Shown here: positions 30,007 to 40,582 of the stretch, in pieces
Numbering within the stretch: position 1 is the stretch's first letter
Layout: each line of letters starts with the position of its first letter
Sequence record: PV654397.1
Direction: 5' to 3' (one strand)
DNA: 64,000 nucleotides
Notes under the pieces: model-generated
Seen by the model: only the letters and a program-made list of their open reading frames with translations
What the model was told of the DNA's origin: nothing
Databases searched by the model: none
Made by a program: the position numbers and the translations under genes

Positions 30007-30400
30007 TATATTTATCTTTATAAAAATCCATGATTTTAGTCAACAGTACTGCAATCGTATAATCTAAATCAGGATAAAGTAAATTGTACTGAAATTCTTC
30101 CTCTACACTATAGTTTGTGGTGCAGTACTGATAGTCTTTATAACCAATGGAAAAATGGTTAGGATACAATGTACAACGAAAACGATATGCTTCATCTGTC
30201 ATATAATCATTGTATTCAACACAGAAGTATAGTGATTTGGCATTTAATTCAATAAGCTCAACGAAACCATCAGGTAATGAATGGTTATAAATTACTGAAT
30301 CTTCATTAAACCATTCATAGTATTTTTCCAAAAAATCACTAATGGATACATCCAGACTTTGTATAGGTGGAGTTATGATAATTTGAACTTCTTTATTCAT
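29996..30400 (-). CDS. TEE-FQ-S paralog family protein
   Basis: SVEEEFQYNLLY. Confidence 0.7.
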   Translation of the reverse strand: MNKEVQIIITPPIQSLDVSISDFLEKYYEWFNEDSVIYNHSLPDGFVELIELNAKSLYFCVEYNDYMTDEAYRFRCTLYPNHFSIGYKDYQYCTTNYSVEEEFQYNLLYPDLDYTIAVLLTKIMDFYKDKYNAA

Positions 30401-30903
30401 TTCGACCCCTTACTATATTTCACGTATGGGCTATCATACAGATCATAACTTTTTTGTGCACGTTCTTTTCGGCGTTCATACATGATTCTATCATAATCTT
30501 TGGCTTTCTGATTTGCTTCATTATACAATTTTAAAATTAGCAAAAAAGCATCAAGGTCGGGGTAGTTTGCTGGATTGATAGTACTCAGCATAAATCGTTC
30601 TTCTTCAGTTCTAGCTAAGTCAAACTCGTACTTAATAGTTTTATATCCACTCCATTTATATGTATGTGTTACTTTATTAGTAAGTACATTGTATCCAACG
30701 AAATCAGTACTACCATCAAGTACGCGAGTAATCATAATAGATGTACCAATGACAATCTGCACAGAACTCATTTCTGAAGTTTTAAAGTAATATATATTAC
30801 CACGTCGCAGATTAACTTCTCGATCTCCAATGCGAACATGCTTAATAACTTCCATTAATGGTTCTGGTACACCACGAATCGGCATGTTAGTATTCCTCAA
30901 CAA
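30397..30903 (-). CDS. TEE-FQ-S paralog family protein
   Basis: RTEEERFMLSTIN. Confidence 0.75.
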   Translation of the reverse strand: MLRNTNMPIRGVPEPLMEVIKHVRIGDREVNLRRGNIYYFKTSEMSSVQIVIGTSIMITRVLDGSTDFVGYNVLTNKVTHTYKWSGYKTIKYEFDLARTEEERFMLSTINPANYPDLDAFLLILKLYNEANQKAKDYDRIMYERRKERAQKSYDLYDSPYVKYSKGSK

Positions 30904-31456
30904 CGGTTAGGAATCTATCCCAACCAGTATAAGTGAAATGATCAAAGTATTGTTTTTCGCCACCTACCATATATACTTCAATTAAACCGTGGTCGAAATA
31001 ATTTTTTGGTTTTTTAACTTCAGTTACAATTGCTTTATGTCTGAAACCATTATAATCAGTATATGTTACAATATCGTGAATTTTGATATTATCAGGTGTA
31101 TAAGTGTTGGCGTTATTATTGAGAACATGAAGATGATGGTCTACGATTTCTTTACTGGAAATTACCCCAAATATGTTACCAGAAAATACTTTATTACCAT
31201 TACAGGTCAATGCCCAGCCATCACCAACTTCAATAGATTCAAATACATAATGTGTGCAAATTTTAGATACATCTGACGTATCCCAGTAATCACCATCAAG
31301 ATTGGTGAATTTATAAACAGTTTTGAGTTTTTCGCCATCAAATGAAAGCAATGATACTCCGATAACAACCGTTCCGTCTTTAAGAATAATATTAAATTTA
31401 TTATTTGTATTAAAGTATGCTTCTGACTCAGATGAGTTGAATTTAATAAAGTTCAT
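30887..31456 (-). CDS. hypothetical protein
   Basis: 189 aa, AGGAG SD. Confidence 0.75.
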   Translation of the reverse strand: MNFIKFNSSESEAYFNTNNKFNIILKDGTVVIGVSLLSFDGEKLKTVYKFTNLDGDYWDTSDVSKICTHYVFESIEVGDGWALTCNGNKVFSGNIFGVISSKEIVDHHLHVLNNNANTYTPDNIKIHDIVTYTDYNGFRHKAIVTEVKKPKNYFDHGLIEVYMVGGEKQYFDHFTYTGWDRFLTVVEEY

Positions 31457-31503
31457 ATGTTCTCCTTAGTAAGTCATAGTATTATATCAGAGTTTCATTG
31501 CAC

Positions 31504-31896
31504 TTACCAGCATGTTTTCATAACTTCTGTGATGTAAATCATTTTATCTTTTAGTTCATAAGGGATGCAAATTTCACCTGGGCTTAACGTTGTGTTCTTT
31601 TGAAACTCATCCTCTTCGGAATCAGCCAGGTAAAATGGGTGCGTCACAAAGTTATCATCAACTGGACGATTATGTGGTTTCATTAATGCATCATGATTGA
31701 CAAAATAATAAGCATCAATATCAGGACGGAAATACAAACAATCAACCTTAATGCACGGGTGTAACCATAAGGACAAAGAATATGTTATTTGGTTACCAAT
31801 TTGTCTTGGACCAGATGCAATTGTATTGATGTTATTTTTATCTTGTACCATTTCATAAATGAAATCTATCATTTCACGTAGTTCAGATTCAGTCAT
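31504..31896 (-). CDS. TEE-FQ-S paralog family protein
   Basis: DSEEDEFQKNTTL. Confidence 0.7.
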   Translation of the reverse strand: MTESELREMIDFIYEMVQDKNNINTIASGPRQIGNQITYSLSLWLHPCIKVDCLYFRPDIDAYYFVNHDALMKPHNRPVDDNFVTHPFYLADSEEDEFQKNTTLSPGEICIPYELKDKMIYITEVMKTCW

Positions 31897-31946
31897 TTTA
31901 TTTCCTTAAAAAAATACCCAGTACTAGACTGGGTATAAAGTAATGT

Positions 31947-32096
31947 TCAATCAGATTTCTTTTCGTAATCTGCAAAAACAGTCAGGATTGTTGCACACAG
32001 TGAATCAACTGCTGCTGCACGTTTTTCATCAAGGGATTTCGCTAGTTCTTGAATCTCTTGAAGTTTTACTACTAAGTCAATTTTTTGATTACTCAT
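31947..32096 (-). CDS. small hypothetical protein
   Basis: start set at MSNQK (AGGAG SD). Confidence 0.65.
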   Translation of the reverse strand: MSNQKIDLVVKLQEIQELAKSLDEKRAAAVDSLCATILTVFADYEKKSD

Positions 32097-32118
32097 TACT
32101 TCTCCTATTGAATGTATT

Positions 32119-32424
32119 TTAGATGTTAATTTTGATACCAGATAGATCCAGTACTTTACGTATAGGAGGTTCTGGTTCAGGCTGAACAACCTCTTCAGGC
32201 TCTTGTGCTGGAATCTTTGTGTTAATATTTAGACCATCTTGAAGAATTTCAGGGATAATTCCATGCTGCACATCATTGTACATAGACACAACCGTTTCTG
32301 CACAAGATAACATTTCACGAACTTTAAACTGATATCCTTGTGGTAAATCTTTGATGATTTCCATAACATCTAATAACTTCGTTTGTACATCAATAAGAAT
32401 ACTGTTTGATTTATCTGCGTCCAT
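32119..32424 (-). CDS. hypothetical protein
   Basis: 101 aa. Confidence 0.7.
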   Translation of the reverse strand: MDADKSNSILIDVQTKLLDVMEIIKDLPQGYQFKVREMLSCAETVVSMYNDVQHGIIPEILQDGLNINTKIPAQEPEEVVQPEPEPPIRKVLDLSGIKINI

Positions 32425-32930
32425 TAATCCAACTCCACTACGTTATTTTTTTTCTTTGTATTTACTACAGTGGGTGAATCATTTTTTGTCACATCACCTC
32501 GTAGTTTCTTTTCTAGTGCGATGATACGCTTTAATGTCTTAATTGACGGTCGTTTCTTTGTTAGCTCGGCTTTTGCTTCAGTATAATACTTTCGGATATA
32601 TCCATATGCATAATACTTAGAACCAATAAAAATTTCAGCAACGGCTGGCTGGTAACTCATTTCGTACCCATTAATGTCCACGGGTGATGCATAAAATACA
32701 ATATTTGTATTACACGAAGAAATTTTAGCAACCAGTAAGTTAGCTTCAAGTTTATTCAAAATCAATGTAGTGGTTTCTTCTGCCTCGTCACTGTACTGCA
32801 TAGCTGACATTAGAAGTTGAAAGGACTTGAAGTAATTACTACCACTGATTACCGTATTGAAGATTAAGCCCAATGTAATCAGTACTAGTGTACCAAGACA
32901 TATAAACAAAAACCAATATTCAACACTCAT
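32424..32930 (-). CDS. hypothetical protein with N-terminal TM helix
   Basis: start set at MSVEYW (GAGG SD). Confidence 0.7.
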   Translation of the reverse strand: MSVEYWFLFICLGTLVLITLGLIFNTVISGSNYFKSFQLLMSAMQYSDEAEETTTLILNKLEANLLVAKISSCNTNIVFYASPVDINGYEMSYQPAVAEIFIGSKYYAYGYIRKYYTEAKAELTKKRPSIKTLKRIIALEKKLRGDVTKNDSPTVVNTKKKNNVVELD

Positions 32931-32996
32931 TAATATATCCTCAGTTTGTATTTTATTAAAAAAAGCCCCATCAACATTGATGAGGCGGGAAATCAA

Positions 32997-33206
32997 TTAC
33001 TTACGGTTTGCTTTACGCAGTTCAGAAAGTTCTTCTTGTAGACTTTTCTTCCATGCAATTAGATGAGCAAAACGGATTGGCCTTGCACCAGTACCGTGGA
33101 ATACTGCGAGAGCTTCTTCAGCTTGATGAATCTGGAACTGAATGTAGTTCACAGTGCGGTCGAAGTCGGTGATATCTAGTACTTGTGCGTTAGTTTCTTT
33201 AGCCAT
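32997..33206 (-). CDS. hypothetical protein
   Basis: 69 aa. Confidence 0.75.
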   Translation of the reverse strand: MAKETNAQVLDITDFDRTVNYIQFQIHQAEEALAVFHGTGARPIRFAHLIAWKKSLQEELSELRKANRK

Positions 33207-33323
33207 TTTTAATACCCTTTTATTTCTTTTTTATGAAAAACCCTCATCATTGAGGAATGGTTTGCATTTTTACATCTGCCGATAATATACATTATATCAT
33301 GCTTTTCAGCGTTGTCCCAAAAA

Positions 33324-33683
33324 TTAATTATTTTTTAGAACAAATTTCACGACTGGTAACTCTGTTTCGTTTGATTCGGATTCATTATATCCGTTCTTCG
33401 TGAGAACGTCAATAACTTTTTTAGAATCGATTGTAAATTTATCAAGTTCAGTATAACGATAATAACCAATGGTCTGACTGAACTCATACTCACCTGGACG
33501 CTGACGGCAACATGTTTGTGTTTCTGACATAATTGCATTGATTAGATAATAAGATTCAGTACTATCATTGTTTGGTACATAAATCTTACCATCAAAATGA
33601 ATCACTTCATGTTTATTCATACAGTGAGTTGATCTCCACTTGAAGAATTGAAATAATTTCCTTTTGAAGACCTGTAATTTCAC
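33324..33683 (-). CDS. hypothetical protein
   Basis: 119 aa; start uncertain. Confidence 0.65.
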   Translation of the reverse strand: MKLQVFKRKLFQFFKWRSTHCMNKHEVIHFDGKIYVPNNDSTESYYLINAIMSETQTCCRQRPGEYEFSQTIGYYRYTELDKFTIDSKKVIDVLTKNGYNESESNETELPVVKFVLKNN

Positions 33684-33882
33684 TATTCAGTGAAGATAAA
33701 CGTTTGGTCAATGCCATAAACTGTTTAGCGTCTTCTTTGGAACGGTCATTGCGAACTTTATCGGAACTCCAGTTAGCATATGATTGCTCATCTTTTTTGT
33801 TAAGAATGTCCCAGTCCAAACGGACTAGTTTTCGTTCTTTCTTAAGTTCGCTTAGGCGAGATTTCATTTCTTCTTTAGTCAT
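33613..33882 (-). CDS. coiled-coil hypothetical protein
   Basis: 89 aa. Confidence 0.65.
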   Translation of the reverse strand: MTKEEMKSRLSELKKERKLVRLDWDILNKKDEQSYANWSSDKVRNDRSKEDAKQFMALTKRLSSLNSEITGLQKEIISILQVEINSLYE

Positions 33883-34172
33883 TACAATGTTCCTTTCATA
33901 AAGTCAGGGATAACGATTACGATAGAAGGATTATACTCCACATATCCATTCTTTGTCAATAGACTTTTGATATCAGAAATAACATTATCATGTTGTTCCA
34001 TATCTTTATCGCAGTGAATTTCCAATTCTTTTAGGAAAGGTTGTTTAACTGAAATTGATTGGGTCAGTGTTTGAATACGCTGCATCATATCAATTGGGTC
34101 AGGACTGAACTCATTACCAACATAAAGAGTGCCGGATGCATCCTTTTCAAGTAAGACTTCTAAAATTTTCAT
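33882..34172 (-). CDS. hypothetical protein
   Basis: 96 aa. Confidence 0.7.
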   Translation of the reverse strand: MKILEVLLEKDASGTLYVGNEFSPDPIDMMQRIQTLTQSISVKQPFLKELEIHCDKDMEQHDNVISDIKSLLTKNGYVEYNPSIVIVIPDFMKGTL

Positions 34173-35005
34173 TTTGTACCCTTTAATGTACCAAAATTAC
34201 GTAGAGTAAATCCAGGAACTGGGAAATATACATCACAGTCAATGTCAGGATTAATTGTCACTACCTCATTACACATTATATCACGAATTCCACTTCCGTC
34301 TACGATTTTTTGCATTAAATCGTTCCATTCTTTTCGTTCAATAACATATGTGTTAATCAAACACAAGTCATGACCACGTTTCGAAATATAACCAAGTACT
34401 ACATCATTGTGGACAACACGTATAGTAACTTTTCCAATTCGAGTTCCTCGTACTGCATTAGTACTAGTATCGTCGTAAATCAGTTCTATCCTAAGTGAAC
34501 CATTAGATATAAGAGTTGTGGTATATTTTGAAACCATATTCTCAATTTCTTGAGTTAAATCGTCTCGGTTAAGGTACTCAAACACCGAATATGTCAACTC
34601 ATTTGCATCCAAATATTGGACTGTTGGAAGCTGGGCAACCATATCCAAAGATACAGGTTCTATGTATATTTTTTCAATATCAGATGTTTTGACGAATAGA
34701 TACCCTTCTAGCGTCATTGAACTAACAATTTCCGCATAATAAGAGTACAGATAAAAAACATTCGTCTCATTCGAATCAGTTTCAACCCAAACCTCTGGCT
34801 GTTTCATCTCATATTGTTGTAGAATTCGTTGTGTAAACCCAATGTAAAATCCAAGATTAACATCGGATTGAGTTTCAAATGGATTAAACATCAAATATGG
34901 ATATTTGTCAAGATACTCATTAAACTTACGCTGGGTATCTCTATCACAATCAATGATGTACTTTCGGAATTCAGAAATAATTACTTTTTCCAATGACATA
35001 ATCAA
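34169..35005 (-). CDS. hypothetical protein
   Basis: 278 aa. Confidence 0.8.
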   Translation of the reverse strand: MIMSLEKVIISEFRKYIIDCDRDTQRKFNEYLDKYPYLMFNPFETQSDVNLGFYIGFTQRILQQYEMKQPEVWVETDSNETNVFYLYSYYAEIVSSMTLEGYLFVKTSDIEKIYIEPVSLDMVAQLPTVQYLDANELTYSVFEYLNRDDLTQEIENMVSKYTTTLISNGSLRIELIYDDTSTNAVRGTRIGKVTIRVVHNDVVLGYISKRGHDLCLINTYVIERKEWNDLMQKIVDGSGIRDIMCNEVVTINPDIDCDVYFPVPGFTLRNFGTLKGTK

Positions 35006-35199
35006 TCCTCACGATGCATATAGTACATAAACATCGCCAACCATATGCAGAATCCCACGCAACGAAGAAACAGATCAACTGTTGGGTCTGTACCACCATT
35101 AACTTGGTAAACGATTACTGGGATTAAAGCAATAGCAATAGATACAGCACATAAGATGAATACAACAAACACCTCAAACATAAACTTAATCGTTTCCAT
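35002..35199 (-). CDS. small membrane protein
   Basis: two hydrophobic helices. Confidence 0.7.
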   Translation of the reverse strand: METIKFMFEVFVVFILCAVSIAIALIPVIVYQVNGGTDPTVDLFLRCVGFCIWLAMFMYYMHRED

Positions 35200-35773
35200 T
35201 ATTATCCTTCAATGTGTAGTGTAGTACATTTAAAAAGTTATACATTGATTCATTACGCATAACCTTGATTGTTAAATTACCACAACCCAACATACGTTTG
35301 AGGCGACGCTTCACCGCAGTTAAATCATGTGTACTGTTCGTATACAGACCATTAACCTGACCTGGAACAGTAGGAACATGAAGAATGTAATCATAATTCA
35401 TTAGTAAGCGTTGATTATATTTCTTTAATGCTTGCTTGTATTCTGAAATATTTTCAAAGAATGTACAATAACGGTCGTAACGATTCATTTTATTCAAAAT
35501 TGAAATACGAAAAGCGTTACCACTATTCCAATCATCTTCAGTTGGGTTTGGGTTGATATGTGCCATGTTAGCTGTACTATACCCACCACTTGTGAAAACT
35601 TCAGAATATCCATTCTCAAAAACATACAATGTTGCTTTGTGTCCTCGGAATTCTTTACGGTACTTTGACAGAACTTGAATGTGATTACGCTTGGACTTGT
35701 ACATTTCGTAACCTTCATAATCGCCACTGAATTCACAAATTTTATCAACACCAGCCATTTCGTATATCCTCAT
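35186..35773 (-). CDS. hypothetical protein
   Basis: 195 aa. Confidence 0.75.
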   Translation of the reverse strand: MRIYEMAGVDKICEFSGDYEGYEMYKSKRNHIQVLSKYRKEFRGHKATLYVFENGYSEVFTSGGYSTANMAHINPNPTEDDWNSGNAFRISILNKMNRYDRYCTFFENISEYKQALKKYNQRLLMNYDYILHVPTVPGQVNGLYTNSTHDLTAVKRRLKRMLGCGNLTIKVMRNESMYNFLNVLHYTLKDNNGND

Positions 35774-35790
35774 TTGATTAATATAGGAGT

Positions 35791-35819
35791 ATTATACATA
35801 CTCCATTTTCATGTGTCAA
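35791..35819 (-). promoter_or_regulatory. sigma70-type promoter
   Basis: perfect TTGACA-17-TATAAT; overlapping GGAGTAT/ATACTCC inverted repeat. Confidence 0.85.
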
Positions 35820-36293
35820 GCTTTATAATACGGAAGACTTTTCACTAAAGATTCTGACGTATTATTTTTTACCCATGTACTACCGTTGTCATTGGATACA
35901 TATCCAATACCATTAACAAACTTACGCATAATACCAGTAAAAATATTAGTATACACCATTACTCAGTATCCTTTGGTTTAGAATGTAAACCATACTTTTC
36001 ATCATAACGATCATAGGTAGTGCCATTAGTACTAGCTTTGATGCTTTCGGTGCGATTGATTGGTTCGATTTTGACACCACGATAACCAATCTCTTCTTTA
36101 AATTGTTCCCATGATTCACGTAGACTCATTTTAGTCCCCTTTTTGTTATTTCATACACTCACGTAGGTCAATCTTTTCAACTGAACCACCGAGTACTAGA
36201 TAGTGAAAATTAGAATCTTTGTTTGCCATATTCAAAAGATCTGCTTTCTGTTGAAGCGTAAAGCGTGAAGTACTGTTACGTACTGGCATAGTG

Positions 36294-36737
36294 TTACTCC
36301 TTAAAGTAGATATCACGAATTTGCTTAATCATCTCTAACTCTTGAAGTCCTATCATACCGAAGTTTTCTTGTACTGTCAACTGTTGGAAGTACATTTCCT
36401 CTAAATTATTATAAGGAATATCCACTAATGATAAAGGTACTCGTTCTTCACTGAATGCCAGATCTTCAACTAAATGTTTTATAATCATAACAGTAAATGA
36501 ATCTTTTTGTATATGAAATTTGTAAAACGTTTGGTTAGTAGTGAACATTGTGTTTGATGGATGGAAACCCATTTCAACAAATACTGTATCTTTATCATTA
36601 TGTGTGCAATATGTACATCTTGAATTCGCAAGAACTTTAGATTTTGGGTAATAAAAATCACCCAGCAACTTCTGTCGTTTCCAGTCCTCATATACAACTG
36701 GATGCTTAACCTTCTTCAATCGGTGCAGTACTGTCAT
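36294..36737 (-). CDS. TEE-FQ-S paralog family protein
   Basis: NLEEMYFQQLTVQE. Confidence 0.75.
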   Translation of the reverse strand: MTVLHRLKKVKHPVVYEDWKRQKLLGDFYYPKSKVLANSRCTYCTHNDKDTVFVEMGFHPSNTMFTTNQTFYKFHIQKDSFTVMIIKHLVEDLAFSEERVPLSLVDIPYNNLEEMYFQQLTVQENFGMIGLQELEMIKQIRDIYFKE

Positions 36738-37117
36738 AGTTTTTTCCAGTCCAATGAATCGAAATCGATTTGTTCAGGGTTATCAACAGCGACAACTCGT
36801 GCATTATGAAGAGTTTCAAAGTAGCCGTTCCACGGTGTTCGTAATGGAACAGTCACATCGCCAACTTTAACCAAGAATGAATATTCTGGTGATATTGGGT
36901 CAAACCACTCTTTTTGTTTAGCATTTTCCATGATCGTTTCGTGTTCTTTTGTATAGCAATTATCTTGCTTCATATAAAACACCCAATGCTCTTTTAGGCA
37001 CTGTAAAGCAGCAACTGCTTCCTCTTTAGAAGACCATTGAATATCAATTGTATTAAGAACGTCATAACAATTTTCAGTATCACCTGTAGTGTAATGTACT
37101 TCAATGCAGTATTTCAT
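36734..37117 (-). CDS. conserved phage hypothetical protein
   Basis: 127 aa, YTTGDT...W...EEA pattern. Confidence 0.75.
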   Translation of the reverse strand: MKYCIEVHYTTGDTENCYDVLNTIDIQWSSKEEAVAALQCLKEHWVFYMKQDNCYTKEHETIMENAKQKEWFDPISPEYSFLVKVGDVTVPLRTPWNGYFETLHNARVVAVDNPEQIDFDSLDWKKL

Positions 37118-37572
37118 TATTCAACACCTTTTAGTAATTTACAAATTTCAATCATATGATAATAACATGTATTCCAAAATTGCCCAGTAGTACTACCAAC
37201 ATCATGCACAGTACTTTGTTGGAAAACATATTCATCATTGAACAACTTTTTAATGTCATCAATGTAAAATTCTGGTTTTGAATCATTATTGTATTCAATA
37301 CTCGTTTCACCATCTGGATCAAGTGAAATTGATGATATGTCGTGAATTCCTATCGGATTTGTTGGATAAATTCTCAACGTAAGAGGATAGAAGTCTGGAT
37401 CGGTTTCATATGTATATTCGATTATGTAATTACCATCTCCAGTGATTGAGTTATATTTAAATGTAGGTTCAAATACATTATGGACATTATAACCTAGTTT
37501 ATTCATCTCGTTAAGATGTAATAATATTTTATGTAAAGTCCCTAAGACATGAATCAAATTATCAATTTTCAT
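37117..37572 (-). CDS. TEE-FQ-S paralog family protein
   Basis: FNDEYVFQQSTVHD. Confidence 0.75.
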   Translation of the reverse strand: MKIDNLIHVLGTLHKILLHLNEMNKLGYNVHNVFEPTFKYNSITGDGNYIIEYTYETDPDFYPLTLRIYPTNPIGIHDISSISLDPDGETSIEYNNDSKPEFYIDDIKKLFNDEYVFQQSTVHDVGSTTGQFWNTCYYHMIEICKLLKGVE

Positions 37573-38111
37573 TTACGATCCTTTGAAAAGTTCAGTTTAA
37601 AAGATTTACCAAATTCCATTGTAGCTTTACCCAGATTGTTAATATTTTCTTTCAACATTTCTTGCATCTTTCTTACACTTTCATTCCAGGCTTCCTCTTC
37701 TTTACGGAGGATTGGTCGCAATCGTTCCTGAATATCGTTGAAACGTGTATTGAGTTCAACCAATGATTCATATGTGAAATCTTTCATATCGATGATAGTA
37801 CTACGTTGAAAGAATTCTTCTTCGGATAAATTACTCAAAATGATTTTATCACTACCAATAGATAATGTCAATTCATCATCTTGATTTTTTTTAATTACAA
37901 TACGTACAGGTGATTTTATAGTAATGTGAACATCATGATTATTAAAAGTTTCAGTTTTGTTTGACGTTCTGAATTGTAGTCTTCCGGTTAGTGCGTGTAC
38001 TGGCATTGGGTTCTTTTTACCAGTAATAACATCTTCCCACGAATCAAGGATATTATTAATAATTTTAACATAAGGAACTGTCATATATGCACCTATGAAA
38101 AATCCACGCAT
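37569..38111 (-). CDS. TEE-FQ-S paralog family protein
   Basis: LSEEEFFQRSTIID; start probably MTVPY. Confidence 0.75.
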   Translation of the reverse strand: MRGFFIGAYMTVPYVKIINNILDSWEDVITGKKNPMPVHALTGRLQFRTSNKTETFNNHDVHITIKSPVRIVIKKNQDDELTLSIGSDKIILSNLSEEEFFQRSTIIDMKDFTYESLVELNTRFNDIQERLRPILRKEEEAWNESVRKMQEMLKENINNLGKATMEFGKSFKLNFSKDRK

Positions 38112-38126
38112 AGCGTGGATCTGTAA

Positions 38127-38657
38127 TTAATCGAGTATAGTAACTTCAATCAAACGAATTTCGATGAATTCGTTTTCAGTTTCCCATGATGAACCTAATT
38201 TCTTATTAAGTTCAGTTTTAACATCACTTTTAAATTTTCCCATAGTATTAGGAATAATTTGTTTGGTTAGTTTGTCATAACCACAATAAAACATAGGTTT
38301 CTCCCTTCGAGATATTAGCTCAACAAAATCCTTTGGATATGCAGGTATATTATGCATCACTTCATGAATGCACTCAGTACTTGAATCTTGTACTTTGTAC
38401 ATTACATTAAGTTTACCTTTGAAAGTGCGAATCATATCAACAATAATACCTTTACCGGATTTAAGTAAAGTTCCATTCTTTGTATGAGAACAATAGAATA
38501 CCTCATCACCAATATTAGGATAGTACAAATTAAATTCTAATTCTTCCTTTGATGACTGACGTTGAAATTTCATTACACGTTCAGTATAGGTGGGGTAGTT
38601 CTTCATGTTCAAAAGAATATCTCTCTTAGTAAGTGTGATATAACTGGCATAGTCCAT
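38127..38657 (-). CDS. hypothetical protein
   Basis: 176 aa. Confidence 0.7.
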   Translation of the reverse strand: MDYASYITLTKRDILLNMKNYPTYTERVMKFQRQSSKEELEFNLYYPNIGDEVFYCSHTKNGTLLKSGKGIIVDMIRTFKGKLNVMYKVQDSSTECIHEVMHNIPAYPKDFVELISRREKPMFYCGYDKLTKQIIPNTMGKFKSDVKTELNKKLGSSWETENEFIEIRLIEVTILD

Positions 38658-39469
38658 CCATTCCCAAGCATTTTGTATGCTTGTGTCTTACTAGACACTT
38701 TAAAGAAATCTACAGGAATACCCTGTAATTTACAACATTCTACTACACTTAAGTGTCTATAGTCAATATTTCTTTTACCATTCTCCAATAGATATTGACG
38801 ATTAATCGTTGGGTCACGAAACACCAACTGTCGTCTTGATTTATTAAAGTACTGGTTACAATCACCACCCTTAAAATAGTTAGCATCTATACAGTACGAA
38901 GCGGTTCTGTCAGTGTACCAACCATCTTCAATGATATCTTGAAGTTTAGGGGCATTTGATAATGCAGGTGGTATAAAAAGCTTATCAGTACTGCACCAGT
39001 AGTATCTCTGCCTGAAGTGAGGCGTATAATGCTGGGAATTTATCAGTACTGGTGTGATTCCTAAAATACTATTAATGTATTCTTTGAAATCTTCCTTCAT
39101 TTTAACATTCTCGAACAGAAATTGCAAGTTTGGATTTACACTTTTGATGTGCTCAAAAATATCAACCATAACCAAAAATAACTGTCCACGTATATCATTC
39201 AAGCCACCTTGCTTACCAGCAACAGACCAGGCTTGACATGGGAATCCTCCCATGAGTAAATCTATCTTATCCCACTCAATATCCCATTCTTTCCACTTAG
39301 TCACATCACCTAACTGGATAATATCAGGAAAATTCTCGGAAGATTCAGCAATTGCGTACTTGTCAATTTCAGATGAGTAATATTTTTCAACTGGAATACC
39401 TGCATCTGCCAATGCCATATATCCAACGCTCATTCCATTAAAAAGTGACAGTACTCTGATAGGTTTCAT
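38609..39469 (-). CDS. DNA (cytosine-5)-methyltransferase
   Basis: motif I VLSLFNG, IV GGFPCQ, VI ENV, VIII RQRYYW, X LGNGW. Confidence 0.9.
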   Translation of the reverse strand: MKPIRVLSLFNGMSVGYMALADAGIPVEKYYSSEIDKYAIAESSENFPDIIQLGDVTKWKEWDIEWDKIDLLMGGFPCQAWSVAGKQGGLNDIRGQLFLVMVDIFEHIKSVNPNLQFLFENVKMKEDFKEYINSILGITPVLINSQHYTPHFRQRYYWCSTDKLFIPPALSNAPKLQDIIEDGWYTDRTASYCIDANYFKGGDCNQYFNKSRRQLVFRDPTINRQYLLENGKRNIDYRHLSVVECCKLQGIPVDFFKVSSKTQAYKMLGNGWTMPVISHLLREIFF

Positions 39470-39521
39470 ATAAAATCCTTTTTATATTGTTAAGGTACTA
39501 TAATACATTATAGCATCTTAT

Positions 39522-39812
39522 TTAGAAATCTTCCAGACTTTTTTCATCGCACCATCGAGAAGTACAGATGATCGCAGATGCAAGAATTGAAGCACTGGCT
39601 CGACCACCACCAAGTAAGTACTGGCTAATGACACCAATCATATTGAAGACTTTATCATACTCAGCAAGGAGTTCGAAATCCTTCTTCCAACATTGATATT
39701 CTTCTTCAGTAACATTAAACTCATCACCAAGTTCATTTAAAATCTTTTTAAGTACTGCACGATGTTCACTCATCTGATTCCCCATATCGTTCGTCGTAAA
39801 AATCATCATCAC
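39522..39812 (-). CDS. hypothetical protein
   Basis: 96 aa. Confidence 0.65.
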   Translation of the reverse strand: MMMIFTTNDMGNQMSEHRAVLKKILNELGDEFNVTEEEYQCWKKDFELLAEYDKVFNMIGVISQYLLGGGRASASILASAIICTSRWCDEKSLEDF

Positions 39813-39851
39813 GGTCCAACGGTTCTTTTGGTTTTTCTGCCATATATTTCC

Positions 39852-40112
39852 TCACATGGTAAATGTATTATCACCATCCATATCTTCATCTGTAGCTTCA
39901 GCTAAGGTCTTAATCGTTAGCAATTCACGCTTCACGTACAACATGAAGACCTTTTCATAATTACCGAACATCATCTCAGGTGACATGTAATTCTCCGTTA
40001 CAATGACGATTGGACGGCCCTGTGACAGCATACGAAACATAGTACGGTATTTGTCAAAGGTGCGAAATTCATCCATGTTCATCATGTGGCGTTTACGAAC
40101 TACTTTAGTCAT
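39852..40112 (-). CDS. hypothetical protein
   Basis: 86 aa. Confidence 0.7.
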   Translation of the reverse strand: MTKVVRKRHMMNMDEFRTFDKYRTMFRMLSQGRPIVIVTENYMSPEMMFGNYEKVFMLYVKRELLTIKTLAEATDEDMDGDNTFTM

Positions 40113-40126
40113 TTTGATACCTTTAG

Positions 40127-40582
40127 TTATTTGAACTCGATTTCTGGATAATGATTATAGAACATCTCACGTACTGCGTCAAGCTGTTCTTTAAATTTCT
40201 CAATGTCATCAAGAGTTAGTACAGTGTCACTAACAGTACTCAACTGAAAAAGTGCCTCTTCAGTACTGTTTTCTGATAAATCAAATGTACATGATGAATC
40301 ATCTGTTATAATATTATCACATATTTCAAATGTGTCAATATGAACATCATTGAGTAGATCACCACTATAATCATTATATATGAACACAAAAATGTATGAT
40401 GGTTTTTTTATCTCAGTTTCTGACTCATAGGCTACCAAATCATATGTTACGTAACATTTAAAGTCAGGTGAATCGTATTCCATAGATACAATTCCTATAT
40501 CACGATATTGATTCGCTTCACTGATTAAATCCGGTATAGGTGTAATACTAAGTAAATGGAAAAACTGTCCTGGATTTAGCAT
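40127..40582 (-). CDS. TEE-FQ-S paralog family protein
   Basis: STEEALFQLSTVSD. Confidence 0.75.
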   Translation of the reverse strand: MLNPGQFFHLLSITPIPDLISEANQYRDIGIVSMEYDSPDFKCYVTYDLVAYESETEIKKPSYIFVFIYNDYSGDLLNDVHIDTFEICDNIITDDSSCTFDLSENSTEEALFQLSTVSDTVLTLDDIEKFKEQLDAVREMFYNHYPEIEFK

